This document shows, in pieces, positions 1 through 9,679 of a stretch of DNA of 64,000 nt. Below the pieces are notes generated by a model. The model did not search any database and was not told where the DNA came from. It saw only the letters and a list, made by a program, of their open reading frames with translations. Location: assembly GCA_037146775.1 (NCBI GenBank), contig JBAWWL010000001.1:197464-261463 (forward strand), written 5' to 3'. Source of the stretch: Candidatus Omnitrophota bacterium (GTDB lineage Bacteria > Omnitrophota > Gorgyraeia > Duberdicusellales > 4484-171). How positions within the stretch are numbered: position 1 is the first letter of the stretch; each line of letters opens with the position of its first letter. The position numbers and the translations under genes are program-made.

Positions 1-2
1 TT

Positions 3-752
3 ATGTTTGGTGATGAAGACGCTCTGCTCCAGCTGGATATGAGCGAGTATATGGAAAAATTCAATGTATCCCGGTTGATCGGTGCTCCTCCGGGTTACGT
101 GGGTTATGAAGAGGGTGGACAATTAACGGAGCGAGTGAGAAGAAGGCCGTATTCGGTAATATTGCTTGATGAAATTGAAAAAGCCCACCCCGACGTGTTT
201 AACCTGCTCTTACAAATTCTTGAGGAGGGCAGACTCACCGATAGTTTCAGCAGGCGGATCGATTTTAGAAATACTATTCTTATTATGACCTCCAACGTCG
301 GCGCGGAGATCATTAGAAAGCGCGGTTCGCTCGGTTTTAAAACTATTGGCGAAGATATTAGCTATGAAGAAATGAAAACATTATTGATGGAGGAAGTAAA
401 AAAGGCTTTTAAGCCAGAATTTTTAAACAGGCTCGACGAAACAATCGTATTTCGGCCGCTCGGAAAAGAAGATTTGGAGCAGATTGTTGGTATCGAGATC
501 GCCAGCGTTAACAGCCGGTTAAAAGAACAAGGTGTTGAGGTAGTATTGACGCCGGAGGCGAAAGATTTTTTTGTTGAAAAAGGATTTGACCCCGCGTTTG
601 GCGCTCGGCCGCTTAAAAGAGTTATCCAGCGTTTTCTGGAAGATCCTTTGGCTGAGGATATTATTAGGGGGGAATTCTCGGAGAGACTTAAAAACGCCAA
701 AACAGTTACTATTAAAGCGGTCAAAAAAGGGGAAGAGTTGAGATTTGAATGA
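3..752 (+). CDS. Clp/Hsp100 AAA+ ATPase (ClpC/ClpB family), C-terminal fragment; 5' end lies outside the window
   Basis: Translation carries the sensor/D2 C-terminal region typical of ClpC/ClpB (LIGAPPGYVGYEEGGQLTE, ILLDEIEKAHPDVFNLLLQILEEGRLTD, GARPLKRVIQ). There is no start codon inside the window. Confidence 0.85.
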   Translation: MFGDEDALLQLDMSEYMEKFNVSRLIGAPPGYVGYEEGGQLTERVRRRPYSVILLDEIEKAHPDVFNLLLQILEEGRLTDSFSRRIDFRNTILIMTSNVGAEIIRKRGSLGFKTIGEDISYEEMKTLLMEEVKKAFKPEFLNRLDETIVFRPLGKEDLEQIVGIEIASVNSRLKEQGVEVVLTPEAKDFFVEKGFDPAFGARPLKRVIQRFLEDPLAEDIIRGEFSERLKNAKTVTIKAVKKGEELRFE

Positions 753-1657
753 GATTTTTGTGGGCTTTTATTTTTCTTCTTTTTATACCACAATCTTTAT
801 TTGGGTTTCCTTCTCATTTTGTCGAGATTGATTTGACGAAACAACGGATAGTGTTCGACGAGTTTCGTTTCGGAAATTATAATATTAATGGAGCGTTGCT
901 TTTCGATACCAAGAGAGAAGACAATTCTTTGATATTCCATCTGGAGGGTAAAAATTTACTGTTTGATTGCGTTTCGCCGTCGGAAGGGGGATGGCTTAAA
1001 AAAAGAGATTTTTCGTGGCTGAAGCTGCGCTTGGTTAAACGAGATAATATTCTGTTTATTCACTATGTGAATTCGCCCGAATTCCTAATTAAGGGGAAGA
1101 TAAATCTTGACAGCGAAGAGGTTTCTCTTGATGTCGACGGTAACTGGCAGGAGGATTCGCTTCTTATGGAGGGCCGCGTGAAAGCCCAGGCACGTGTATG
1201 GGGTACGATGAGTGATATACTGGTAAATGGTTCATTTGAGGTTATCAACGGTAGATATCAGAATCTGACCTTTTCCAGGTTTTCTGCGAACTTCTTGGGA
1301 AAACCGCCTATACTTAATTTGACCGATTCGCAGATTTATCTTCCTGATGGCAGCATTTTTAGGATTGAAGGCGTGATGGACTTAAATGATTTTACCAACC
1401 TGTTTCCTAAGGCGGAATATATTTCCAGAAAAGTTATGCTGGGCGGCTGGCAGCCGCAAGGAGAAAGCGATAAGAATGCCGGGGTCAAGAAGAATGTAGA
1501 TAATAATATCGACGTGGTGTTTGATACATACCAGAGAGATGCGTTCATGAATTCCGGAACGGAAGTGCGCTATAAGATGAAACAGAATCAATTTTTACGA
1601 TTACGCATGCAGGACGATAAAACGATTGTAGGTTTCGAAAGGAGGAAAGAGTTCTGA
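749..1657 (+). CDS. hypothetical secreted/envelope protein (N-terminal signal peptide)
   Basis: ATG overlaps the clp stop (ATGA). The hydrophobic N-terminus MRFLWAFIFLLFIPQSLFG looks like a signal peptide. No recognisable catalytic motif; it sits immediately upstream of mlaE. Confidence 0.55.
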   Translation: MRFLWAFIFLLFIPQSLFGFPSHFVEIDLTKQRIVFDEFRFGNYNINGALLFDTKREDNSLIFHLEGKNLLFDCVSPSEGGWLKKRDFSWLKLRLVKRDNILFIHYVNSPEFLIKGKINLDSEEVSLDVDGNWQEDSLLMEGRVKAQARVWGTMSDILVNGSFEVINGRYQNLTFSRFSANFLGKPPILNLTDSQIYLPDGSIFRIEGVMDLNDFTNLFPKAEYISRKVMLGGWQPQGESDKNAGVKKNVDNNIDVVFDTYQRDAFMNSGTEVRYKMKQNQFLRLRMQDDKTIVGFERRKEF

Positions 1658-2421
1658 ATACCATTCTTCAAAAAATAAAGATTTTATTCCAGTATGTAGG
1701 CAGCGTAGGCCTTTTTGTCGGCGATGTCTTTTTCTGGCTTTTTGCGAAAAAAAGAAACATTAAGGCGATAGTCAGGGAGATTGTTTTAATTGGTATCAAC
1801 AGCCTGCCGCTGGTTTCACTTATTTCTTTTTTTGTCGGTATCATCATCGCCTTTCAGACAGCATATCAGCTGAAACAATTTTCTTCGGAAATCTATACCG
1901 CATCTTTAGTTGCGCTTTCTTTAGTGCGAGAGCTTGGCCCGGTGCTTGGCTCTCTTATCGTAGCCGCGCGTAGTGGCGCCTCTATTACCGCCGGCATCGG
2001 TTCGATGAAAATAAGCGAGCAGGTAGATGCGCTTGAGGCGTTTGCGGTAGCTCCGGTTGACTATCTGGTTGTGCCAAAGTTTATCGCGCTCTTGATCACG
2101 ATGCCGATTCTTATTATCTACGCTGATTTTTTAGGAATACTTGGAGGTTATGTCGTCGGTAGCGCTAAATTCGGTATTCCTTTCAAATTTTATTTTAAGT
2201 TAACTTTTGATGCGCTCAAGATGAAGGATCTATTGAGCGGTATGATTAAAAGTGTATGCTTTGGTTCCATTATCGCTCTTGTGGCTTCCTATGAGGGGTT
2301 TCGGCCGTTTTCATCGACGGATGTTTCTGAATCGGTAACACACGCGGTGGTGCGTTCTTTTATCCTTATTATCGTCTGTGACTGTATTTTAACCGCGCTA
2401 TTTTATTTTATTTTTGTATAA
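1654..2421 (+). CDS. mlaE: MlaE-like ABC transporter permease; start uncertain
   Basis: The frame is open from about 1620 with no in-frame ATG. Translation (SLPLVSLISFFVGIIIAFQTAYQLKQF...VRELGPVLGSLIVAARSGASITAGIGSMKISEQVDALE) matches the MlaE/YrbE permease family. GGAGG at 1642 precedes a possible CTG start at 1654. The GTG at 1924 used by the ORF track is internal. Confidence 0.65.
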   Translation: MNTILQKIKILFQYVGSVGLFVGDVFFWLFAKKRNIKAIVREIVLIGINSLPLVSLISFFVGIIIAFQTAYQLKQFSSEIYTASLVALSLVRELGPVLGSLIVAARSGASITAGIGSMKISEQVDALEAFAVAPVDYLVVPKFIALLITMPILIIYADFLGILGGYVVGSAKFGIPFKFYFKLTFDALKMKDLLSGMIKSVCFGSIIALVASYEGFRPFSSTDVSESVTHAVVRSFILIIVCDCILTALFYFIFV

Positions 2422-2449
2422 GGCAGTCTGTGCCCGGCGGGATGTTATT

Positions 2450-3208
2450 ATGGAAATGATAAAATTAGAGAATGTTTCTAAAGGTTTTGGGGTAAAAAAG
2501 GTTTTACACGACGTTAATCTTTCTATTAATAAAGGCGAGACGTTTCTTATTATCGGCAGAAGCGGCGCTGGCAAGACAGTGCTGCTTAAAAACATTATCG
2601 GGCTTTTACGTCCCGACGCGGGGCGTATTTTTGTCGATGGGGCAGACACGACCGCATTCGATAAAAAAGAACTGGAAAAAGTCAGGCTTCAATTCGGCCT
2701 CGTGTTCCAAAGCAGCGCTCTTTTTGACTTTTTGACTATCGAAGAAAATGTTGGTTTTTTTCTCTATCAGCACACTACCCTAAAGCGTAGCGAGATACGA
2801 AAGCGAGTAAAAGATACGCTTGCCCTGGTAGGTTTGGAAGGCATAGAAGACAGCTACCCGTATCAGTTGTCCGGCGGTATGAAAAAACGGGTAGCGATAG
2901 CCAGGGCGGTTATTTATAACCCAAAAATTATCATTTACGATGAACCGACGACCGGCATTGACCCTATCGCGGTTGATAAGGTGGTATCGCTTATTGAAGA
3001 TCTACACAAGCGTTTGGCTATTACTTCCCTGGTCGTCACGCACGATCTGGAGGTTGGTTTAAAAATATCTGAACGTATCGCGTTTCTTTTGGGCGGAAGA
3101 ATAATCTTTCAGGGTAAAAAGAGTGATTTACATGCTACCGCCGATCCGCGGGTGCTGCAGTTTCTTAACGGCAGTTCTTCCGGTCCGATCAAGGAAATGG
3201 AAGTATAA
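2450..3208 (+). CDS. mlaF: MlaF-like ABC transporter ATP-binding protein
   Basis: Walker A GRSGAGKT, ABC signature LSGGMKKR and Walker B IIIYDEPT are present. It directly follows mlaE. ATG 2450 gives the N-terminus MEMIKLENV; TTG 2414 is an alternative start. Confidence 0.8.
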   Translation: MEMIKLENVSKGFGVKKVLHDVNLSINKGETFLIIGRSGAGKTVLLKNIIGLLRPDAGRIFVDGADTTAFDKKELEKVRLQFGLVFQSSALFDFLTIEENVGFFLYQHTTLKRSEIRKRVKDTLALVGLEGIEDSYPYQLSGGMKKRVAIARAVIYNPKIIIYDEPTTGIDPIAVDKVVSLIEDLHKRLAITSLVVTHDLEVGLKISERIAFLLGGRIIFQGKKSDLHATADPRVLQFLNGSSSGPIKEMEV

Positions 3209-3374
3209 TGGCAATATTCAATATTAAAAATCAAATATCAAATATAGTTTTAATGTTCAACGCCGCCGCCTTTAGTGATAGCGCCGTGGCCGAAATATTG
3301 AAAATTGAATATCAAAGATCAAGCATGTCTTTACTGTTTGGTATTTATTTATATTAAGATTAAGGAGGTAAAGG

Positions 3375-4085
3375 ATGAAAAATAACTTTTCGGACATAAA
3401 AAAGTATTTCCTGGAAATGAAATTAGGCGGTTTTTTCTTGGGCGCACTTATCTTAGTTTTTATTACCCTCATTTCAATGCGGGAAATTACCTTTTTTAAG
3501 ACAAAACGTATGCTGACGGTGAAGTTTAATTTTTCTGAAGGGTTGCGTACATCCTCACCGGTACGTTTCTGCGGCGTCGATATCGGCGAGGTGAAAGAGG
3601 TCGAGATACGGCAAGATGCTAATAAACAGCCGCTTGTATATGTTCATATCAAGGTAGACGAGCAGGCGCGTATCCCGAGAAATTCATATTTTTTTATCAA
3701 CAGTTTAAGCCTTTTTGGAGAAAAATATCTGGAAATTGTCCCACCGGAAGATCCGCAAGGTTATGTAAGTCCGGGTGAGACGGTCGAAGGTATTTCCCCC
3801 ACGCCTCTTTTTAACGTGCTTACCAACTTCAATAAAACAATGAGTGAAGTTAATGAGTTTGTGAAAGACGGAAAAGTCCGCACTTCCTTTGAAAATATTA
3901 TTACTAATACGGAACAGATAACTTCTGACATTAAAGAAGTGACGGCAAACGTGAAAAATAAAAAAGGTACCATTGGCAGGCTGTTTTATGACGATTCGTT
4001 ATATACCAAGACGGAAGAGTTTGTTGATGAACTCAAAGAGAATCCTTGGAAACTATTACATAAGCCGCGGGAAAGTAGACATTGA
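3375..4085 (+). CDS. mlaD: MlaD-like MCE-domain substrate-binding protein
   Basis: Strong RBS TAAGGAGGTAAAGG before the ATG. An N-terminal TM helix is followed by an MCE-domain-like region (RTSSPVRFCGVDIGEV). It forms an operon with mlaEF. Confidence 0.7.
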   Translation: MKNNFSDIKKYFLEMKLGGFFLGALILVFITLISMREITFFKTKRMLTVKFNFSEGLRTSSPVRFCGVDIGEVKEVEIRQDANKQPLVYVHIKVDEQARIPRNSYFFINSLSLFGEKYLEIVPPEDPQGYVSPGETVEGISPTPLFNVLTNFNKTMSEVNEFVKDGKVRTSFENIITNTEQITSDIKEVTANVKNKKGTIGRLFYDDSLYTKTEEFVDELKENPWKLLHKPRESRH

Positions 4086-4188
4086 TCTTTGCGGTTGTTA
4101 TGTCGCAAGTTTTTTGCTGCACACGCGCCTACGTATTTGAGTGGTATCGTAAAGCCTCCAAAGTGCAACCTGTAATGAGAGTCGTAAC

Positions 4189-5517
4189 ATGTTTTACTGT
4201 TCCGGTTGTGGTTATAAATCGCTAAAATGGCTCGGCAAATGTCCTCTTTGTGAAGGTTGGGAGACTTTTGTCGAAGAGAAAGAAGAGTCGTCACAAGACC
4301 TTGCAAGAGAAAAAATCCCTCCGCAGCTTCTGAAGAATATCCAAAAAAAGGATTATCAGAGAATTCCAACCGGAATAGAAGAATTTGACCGTATCCTCGG
4401 TTCGGGATTGGTGAAGGGCGAGATTGTTCTGGTGGGAGGAGAGCCGGGTGTAGGCAAGTCAACATTGCTTTTAGAGGTAAGTGCTCGTTTGGCCTCGCGC
4501 GCCAAAACGCTTTATGTGAGTGCCGAAGAATCGCCTCAGCAGATAGCTTTGCGAAGCCAGCGCCTAGGAACCGACGCCGGGAATCTGTATATTGTCGGAG
4601 AAGATAATCTTGAAGCCGTGTATAGCTATATCAAAGAGCAAGATTTTCAGTTCGTGGTGGTCGATTCCATACAGGTGGTCTATTCAAGCCGCTGTGAAGG
4701 TTCCAAGGGCAGCGTTACTCAACTTAAGGGTTGCGCTGATTATCTTACGCAGATCGCAAAATCATTAGGAATAATTGTTTTTGTGGTGGGCCATGTTACC
4801 AAGGAAGGTGTTATCGCCGGGCCAAAGCTGCTCGAACATATTGTCGATTGTGTGCTTTATTTTGAGGGCGAATTGCTTTCGAATTACCGAATACTACGTT
4901 CTGTAAAAAACCGGTTTGGCCCTACCGGGGATATCGCGGTTTTCGAAATGCAGTCGGATGGCCTTAAGGAGGTGAAAAAAATAACCGATCTTTTTCTGCC
5001 GCATAAAGATGCGGGGGTTGCGGGTAGTTCTGTGGTGTGTGTTATCGAAGGCTTGCGGCCGTTATTGGTGGAATTACAATCGTTGGTGAGCCGAGCCAGC
5101 TTTGGCGTGGTACGGCGCAGAAGTCTTGGTTTTGATTTCAACCGGTTTTCTCTCCTGATCGCTATTATTGAAAAGCGGCTCAAAGTATCATTGTCGAGTG
5201 AAGACGTATTTTTAAACGTTGCCGGCGGATTGAAGATAAACGATCCCGCAGCGGATTTAGGCGCAGTCATGGCGATGTTGTCAAGCAATAAAGAGAAAGA
5301 GCTGCCTCGGGGCAGTGTTTTCATCGCTGAAGTGGGGCTTGCGGGAGAGCTTAGGAAGGTGAATAATATCAATATACGCTTAAAGGAAGTGGAGCGGACC
5401 GGCTTTACGCAATGTTTTATTCCTGAAAGTAATATGAAGGATGTGGATAAAAAGGTCGATTGTACCTTGTGTGGGTTTTCCTCGTTACAAGAAGTTGTCG
5501 AAAAAGTGTGGAGGTAG
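4189..5517 (+). CDS. radA: DNA repair protein RadA/Sms
   Basis: N-terminal C4 zinc ribbon (CSGCGYKSLKWLGKCPLCEGW), RecA-like Walker A GEPGVGKSTLLL and a Lon-like C-terminal domain. Confidence 0.9.
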   Translation: MFYCSGCGYKSLKWLGKCPLCEGWETFVEEKEESSQDLAREKIPPQLLKNIQKKDYQRIPTGIEEFDRILGSGLVKGEIVLVGGEPGVGKSTLLLEVSARLASRAKTLYVSAEESPQQIALRSQRLGTDAGNLYIVGEDNLEAVYSYIKEQDFQFVVVDSIQVVYSSRCEGSKGSVTQLKGCADYLTQIAKSLGIIVFVVGHVTKEGVIAGPKLLEHIVDCVLYFEGELLSNYRILRSVKNRFGPTGDIAVFEMQSDGLKEVKKITDLFLPHKDAGVAGSSVVCVIEGLRPLLVELQSLVSRASFGVVRRRSLGFDFNRFSLLIAIIEKRLKVSLSSEDVFLNVAGGLKINDPAADLGAVMAMLSSNKEKELPRGSVFIAEVGLAGELRKVNNINIRLKEVERTGFTQCFIPESNMKDVDKKVDCTLCGFSSLQEVVEKVWR

Positions 5518-5519
5518 CA

Positions 5520-6497
5520 ATGAAAGGTTTATTTATTTTACGGGCATTTTTTGTCTTTGCATGTACGGCGGCAGGTTTCCAATTGGGAGAAGGTAACCCG
5601 GCTGTTTCCGTTATGGTCGGATTTACGGTCGGATTGGCGGTAGTATTTTTCGAAGCGTTCGCTCGCCAGGTATCGCTCAAAGGGCTTTCGTCGGTTGTGT
5701 TTGGAATTCTTTTCGGTTTATTGTTGGCGTGGATATTTTCAAAAACTATTGAACTTTTTATGCTTCCGCGAAACGTTACCACCAGCGTACGGGTGTTCGT
5801 TACGTTTGTGTTTATTTATCTTGGCGTAACCCTGGGGCTTAAAGGCAGACACGAGTTTAACCTGATTATTCCTTATGTACGGTTTAAGCGTCAGGACCTG
5901 AAAGAAGAAACAGTAGTGATAGACACCAGTATTATCATTGACGGCAGGATTACCGATATTGTAAAGACCGGCTTTGTGGAGGCTCGTTTTATCGTGCCGC
6001 GTTTTGTGTTGAATGAGTTGCAGGCCCTGGCGGATTCCACAGATCATATGAAACGGCAAAAAGGAAAACGAGGCATTGAAGTTTTACATACCTTAAAAAA
6101 AGAGCAGAATATTGAGGTTGAAGTATATAACGAAGATGTTGAAGGAGTTAAGAGTGTTGACGAAAAAATTGTTATGTTGGCGCAGAACCTCGACGCCAAA
6201 ATTCTTACTACCGATTATAATCTGAATCGCATCGCTCAGTTGCAAGGAGTGGGGGTATTGAATATTAATGATCTTGCCAATGCGCTTAAGCCTAGTTTTG
6301 TCGCCGGCGAGCGTATTAGCATTAAGCTTATTAAGGAAGGAAAAGAACATAATCAGGCTGTGGGGTATTTAGAGGATGGGACTATGGTGGTGGTTGAGAA
6401 CGCGAAGTGGCTTATCGGTAAGACAGTGGAAATAGAAGTTACCTCGGTGTTACAGAGCCCCAGCGGAAGGATTGTTTTTACAAAACTGGCACAATAA
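5520..6497 (+). CDS. PIN/TRAM-domain protein (YacL-like)
   Basis: N-terminal TM helices, then a PIN-like core (VVIDTSIIIDGRI...LTTDYNL) and a C-terminal TRAM-like beta barrel. Sitting between radA and ispD is the position of yacL in Firmicutes. RBS GGAGG lies 7 nt before ATG 5520. Confidence 0.7.
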   Translation: MKGLFILRAFFVFACTAAGFQLGEGNPAVSVMVGFTVGLAVVFFEAFARQVSLKGLSSVVFGILFGLLLAWIFSKTIELFMLPRNVTTSVRVFVTFVFIYLGVTLGLKGRHEFNLIIPYVRFKRQDLKEETVVIDTSIIIDGRITDIVKTGFVEARFIVPRFVLNELQALADSTDHMKRQKGKRGIEVLHTLKKEQNIEVEVYNEDVEGVKSVDEKIVMLAQNLDAKILTTDYNLNRIAQLQGVGVLNINDLANALKPSFVAGERISIKLIKEGKEHNQAVGYLEDGTMVVVENAKWLIGKTVEIEVTSVLQSPSGRIVFTKLAQ

Positions 6498-6509
6498 AAG
6501 GCGAATCTT

Positions 6510-7196
6510 TTGAGCGATAGCGCAAAGCGTTTTAACGTTGGCGTAGTAATTGTTGGCGCGGGAAAAGGAAAACGACTAGGTTTAAAAATAGATAAAGCCC
6601 TTTTACCGCTTGCGGGCAAGCCTCTATTCCTTCGTACGGTTGCGATTTTTGAGAACCTGCAAGAAATTAAACAAATAGTACTGGTATTGGGAAAACGGTA
6701 TTGTGCACCGGCAAAAAAAATGATGCATGATAAAAATATTGCCGTTGTTGAAGGCGGTAGCCAACGCCAAGATTCGGTACGCAAAGGCTTGTTTGCGTTA
6801 AGAGGAGATATTAACTATGTGCTTATTCATGATGTAGCCAGGCCGTTTGTTTCAAACGAAACACTTAACCGTATCTTGAAGGCGCTTAAAAGATATCCGG
6901 CGGTGATTTGTGCTGTTGCGGCTAAAGATGCGGTAAAAACAGTAAAAAATGGTTGTGTGCGTAAGACTTTATCGAGAGAATCCCTTGTTTTGGTGCAAAC
7001 GCCCCAAGGTTTTAAAAAAGAGCTTATTTTGCGCGCATATAGCCGCCTAAAGAATACAAAACTATACGATGATGCGCAGGCAGTGGAATTAATGGGTAAA
7101 AAAGTACGGGTTGTGGAGGGTGATTATTCCAATATGAAAATTACCTATCCCGGCGACATCGAGTTAGCACATTATATCTGTCATGAAAAATTATAG
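6510..7196 (+). CDS. ispD: 2-C-methyl-D-erythritol 4-phosphate cytidylyltransferase
   Basis: VGVVIVGAGKGKRLG nucleotide-binding loop and IHDVARPFV motif. TTG start. Confidence 0.85.
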   Translation: MSDSAKRFNVGVVIVGAGKGKRLGLKIDKALLPLAGKPLFLRTVAIFENLQEIKQIVLVLGKRYCAPAKKMMHDKNIAVVEGGSQRQDSVRKGLFALRGDINYVLIHDVARPFVSNETLNRILKALKRYPAVICAVAAKDAVKTVKNGCVRKTLSRESLVLVQTPQGFKKELILRAYSRLKNTKLYDDAQAVELMGKKVRVVEGDYSNMKITYPGDIELAHYICHEKL

Positions 7197-7656
7197 AGTT
7201 GGTTTCGGTTTTGATGTCCACCGTTTTTCTAAAAAAAATAAGCCGTTAATTTTAGGCGCGGTAAAGATCCCCTGCGATTTTAGCCTCGAAGCCGTATCTG
7301 ACGGAGATGTGTTACTGCACGCAGTAGCCGATGCGTTATGCGGGGCTTGTTCTTTGGGTGACATCGGAGATTATTTCCCTCCTTCCAAGAAATATGAGGG
7401 GATAGATTCCAAAGAAATTGTTAAATTTATTCTTAGAAAATCTAGGAAAAAAGTAAAAATTATAAACTTGGATATCACTATAGTTGCGGAGAAACCAAAA
7501 CTTTCTTCTCATAAAAAAAATATTGTAAAATCTCTCAAGAGTATCTTTCCTGTTCATAGTATCAATGTAAAGATAAAATCCAAAGAAGGATTAAATATTT
7601 TAGGCGGTAAGGATGCGATAAGTTGTTTTGCCGTAGTTTTGGTGAAAACATGCTAA
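7183..7656 (+). CDS. ispF: 2-C-methyl-D-erythritol 2,4-cyclodiphosphate synthase
   Basis: GFGFDVHRF and DGDVLLHAVADALCGA zinc-site motifs. Overlaps the ispD end, so the two are translationally coupled. Confidence 0.9.
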   Translation: MKNYRVGFGFDVHRFSKKNKPLILGAVKIPCDFSLEAVSDGDVLLHAVADALCGACSLGDIGDYFPPSKKYEGIDSKEIVKFILRKSRKKVKIINLDITIVAEKPKLSSHKKNIVKSLKSIFPVHSINVKIKSKEGLNILGGKDAISCFAVVLVKTC

Positions 7657-9035
7657 GAATTACCAATACTTTAACCAAAAGGAAAGAAGATTTTATTCCG
7701 CAAAATCCTTTACAGGTAAGTATGTATACCTGCGGCGTGACGGTTTATGACGATTGTCATATAGGGCACGCGAGAAGCCTTTATACCTTTGATGTGATAA
7801 GGAGATATCTGAAGTATCGCGGTTTTGATGTTACGTTCGTGCGTAATATCACCGATATAGATGATAAAATTATTAATCGCGCTAACGAATTGGAAATTAA
7901 TTGGCATGAGTTGGTGGGAAAATATATAGAGAGGTATTACGAGGATCTGAAAATACTTGGTATTGAAAAGGCTGACTATGAACCTCGGGCGACCGAAAAC
8001 ATTGAGGATATGATTAGGTATATAGCGGTCCTCGTTGAAAAAGGCTACGCGTATGAATCCGGCGGTGATGTATACTTTAATGTAAGGAAATTTCCTGGCT
8101 ATGGAAAGCTTTCTGGACAAAATATAGAGGAGATGGAAACGGGCACAAGGATTTCTCCCACGGAATTTAAAAAAGATCCGCTGGATTTTGCACTATGGAA
8201 AGCTTCCAAGGAAGGCGAGCCATTTTGGGGCAGTCCCTGGGGTAACGGCAGACCCGGTTGGCATATAGAATGTTCAGTGATGAGCCGAAAATTCTTAAAA
8301 ACCGATACATTGGATATTCATGCCGGCGGTAGAGATCTGGTTTTCCCGCATCACGAAAATGAACTCGCGCAAGCAGAAAGCTTTAGCGGAAAGACATTTG
8401 CAAAATATTGGATACACCACGGGCTTCTGACTATTAACGGACAAAAAATGGCGAAGTCCTTGGGCAATTTTGTAACGATAAGAAATTTTATCGATACATA
8501 TAAAAATGCCGATTTATTGAAACTATTCTTTTTGTCGGCGCATTATTCACACCCCATAGATTACAGCGAAGAGAAGATAGGAGAGGCAAAAAAGCAAAAA
8601 AATAGTTTTGATAGTTTTTTCCAGATGCGGTATATAGTGCCGAAAGATAGCCCTACGATGGAAATTGTGGTTGAAGATAAGCGAAAAATTGACGCCATCT
8701 TGGAAAAAGTTATACAAGCGATGGATAACGATTTTAATACGCCTCAGGTTTTGAGCTGTCTATTTGAATTGAGAGATTTTGCGGTGGTTCTGGGCAACAG
8801 CGCGTCATTTGCTTACGCCCGGGATTGTATGGAAAAACTGTTTACTATTTTTAATTTAGAGGTAAAAACGCAAATTACATTGACAGAGGAACTGCTCGCG
8901 AAGCATTACGAAAGAGATTCGGCTCGTATCCGTAAAGATTTCGGCAAAGCCGATCGCCTGCGGAAAGAGATTGAAAACCTAGGATATATTTTAGAAGACC
9001 ACAAAGGGATTACTGCATGCAAAAGGAAAACATGA
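7650..9035 (+). CDS. cysS: cysteine--tRNA ligase
   Basis: HIGH motif (CHIGHARS), KMSKS-type motif (KMAKSLGN) and zinc-binding cysteines. ATG 7650 gives MLRITNTLTKRKEDF, which resembles canonical CysS N-termini. Confidence 0.9.
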   Translation: MLRITNTLTKRKEDFIPQNPLQVSMYTCGVTVYDDCHIGHARSLYTFDVIRRYLKYRGFDVTFVRNITDIDDKIINRANELEINWHELVGKYIERYYEDLKILGIEKADYEPRATENIEDMIRYIAVLVEKGYAYESGGDVYFNVRKFPGYGKLSGQNIEEMETGTRISPTEFKKDPLDFALWKASKEGEPFWGSPWGNGRPGWHIECSVMSRKFLKTDTLDIHAGGRDLVFPHHENELAQAESFSGKTFAKYWIHHGLLTINGQKMAKSLGNFVTIRNFIDTYKNADLLKLFFLSAHYSHPIDYSEEKIGEAKKQKNSFDSFFQMRYIVPKDSPTMEIVVEDKRKIDAILEKVIQAMDNDFNTPQVLSCLFELRDFAVVLGNSASFAYARDCMEKLFTIFNLEVKTQITLTEELLAKHYERDSARIRKDFGKADRLRKEIENLGYILEDHKGITACKRKT

Positions 9036-9664
9036 AACGGAAAGCGTTTTTCATTACCATTGAAGGTTTGGAAGGAAGCGGGAAAAGCAGCGTAATAAAC
9101 TTTTTACAAAAGTTTCTTAAAGAAAGAAAATATTCTGTTTTGGTTCTGCGCGAGCCCGGCTCGACTGCGATAGGTGAAAAAATACGCCAGCTTCTTTTGG
9201 ATAAAAAGAATAAAAACTTATCGCGTCACACCGAATTGCTTTTATATTTGGCCGCAAGGACGCAGCTTATCGAGGAAAAATTACAGAAGGCGTTAGGTAT
9301 TTGTGATTTTGTTGTCTGTGACCGCTTCTTCGATTCCACGCTTGTGTATCAAGGTTACGGCCTTGGCTTGGGTGCGATCGTTGAGAAATCGGTGCACTTG
9401 TTTTCTTTAGGTATTATTCCGGACATGACTATCGTTCTTGACGTAGCCGCGCGAGAGGGTTTGGGCCGGATTAAACATAAAGACCGGATCGAATCGAGAC
9501 CTTTACATTTCCATAATACTTTACGCAAAGGCTATAGAGCGCTCGCCAAGAAGTATCCTCGCCGGATAAAAGTGATTGATGCAAGCGGAAGTCTTGAAGA
9601 TATTTACCGGTTGGTAGAGCGTGCTTTGAGAAAGAAATTGAAAGCGTTACGTTTTGCGCATTAG
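9017..9664 (+). CDS. tmk: thymidylate kinase
   Basis: P-loop ITIEGLEGSGKS and a DRF motif. The start may instead be ATG 9032. Confidence 0.85.
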   Translation: MQKENMKRKAFFITIEGLEGSGKSSVINFLQKFLKERKYSVLVLREPGSTAIGEKIRQLLLDKKNKNLSRHTELLLYLAARTQLIEEKLQKALGICDFVVCDRFFDSTLVYQGYGLGLGAIVEKSVHLFSLGIIPDMTIVLDVAAREGLGRIKHKDRIESRPLHFHNTLRKGYRALAKKYPRRIKVIDASGSLEDIYRLVERALRKKLKALRFAH

Positions 9665-9679
9665 TTTCGCGGTGAGTAT

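Noticed and set aside
362-793. 143-aa ORF on the - strand overlapping the clp fragment
   Set aside because: Antisense shadow ORF inside a well-supported conserved CDS. Low-complexity translation and no motifs.
3986-4465. 159-aa - strand ORF spanning the mlaD/radA junction
   Set aside because: Overlaps two strongly supported + strand genes. No RBS or motifs, so a shadow ORF.
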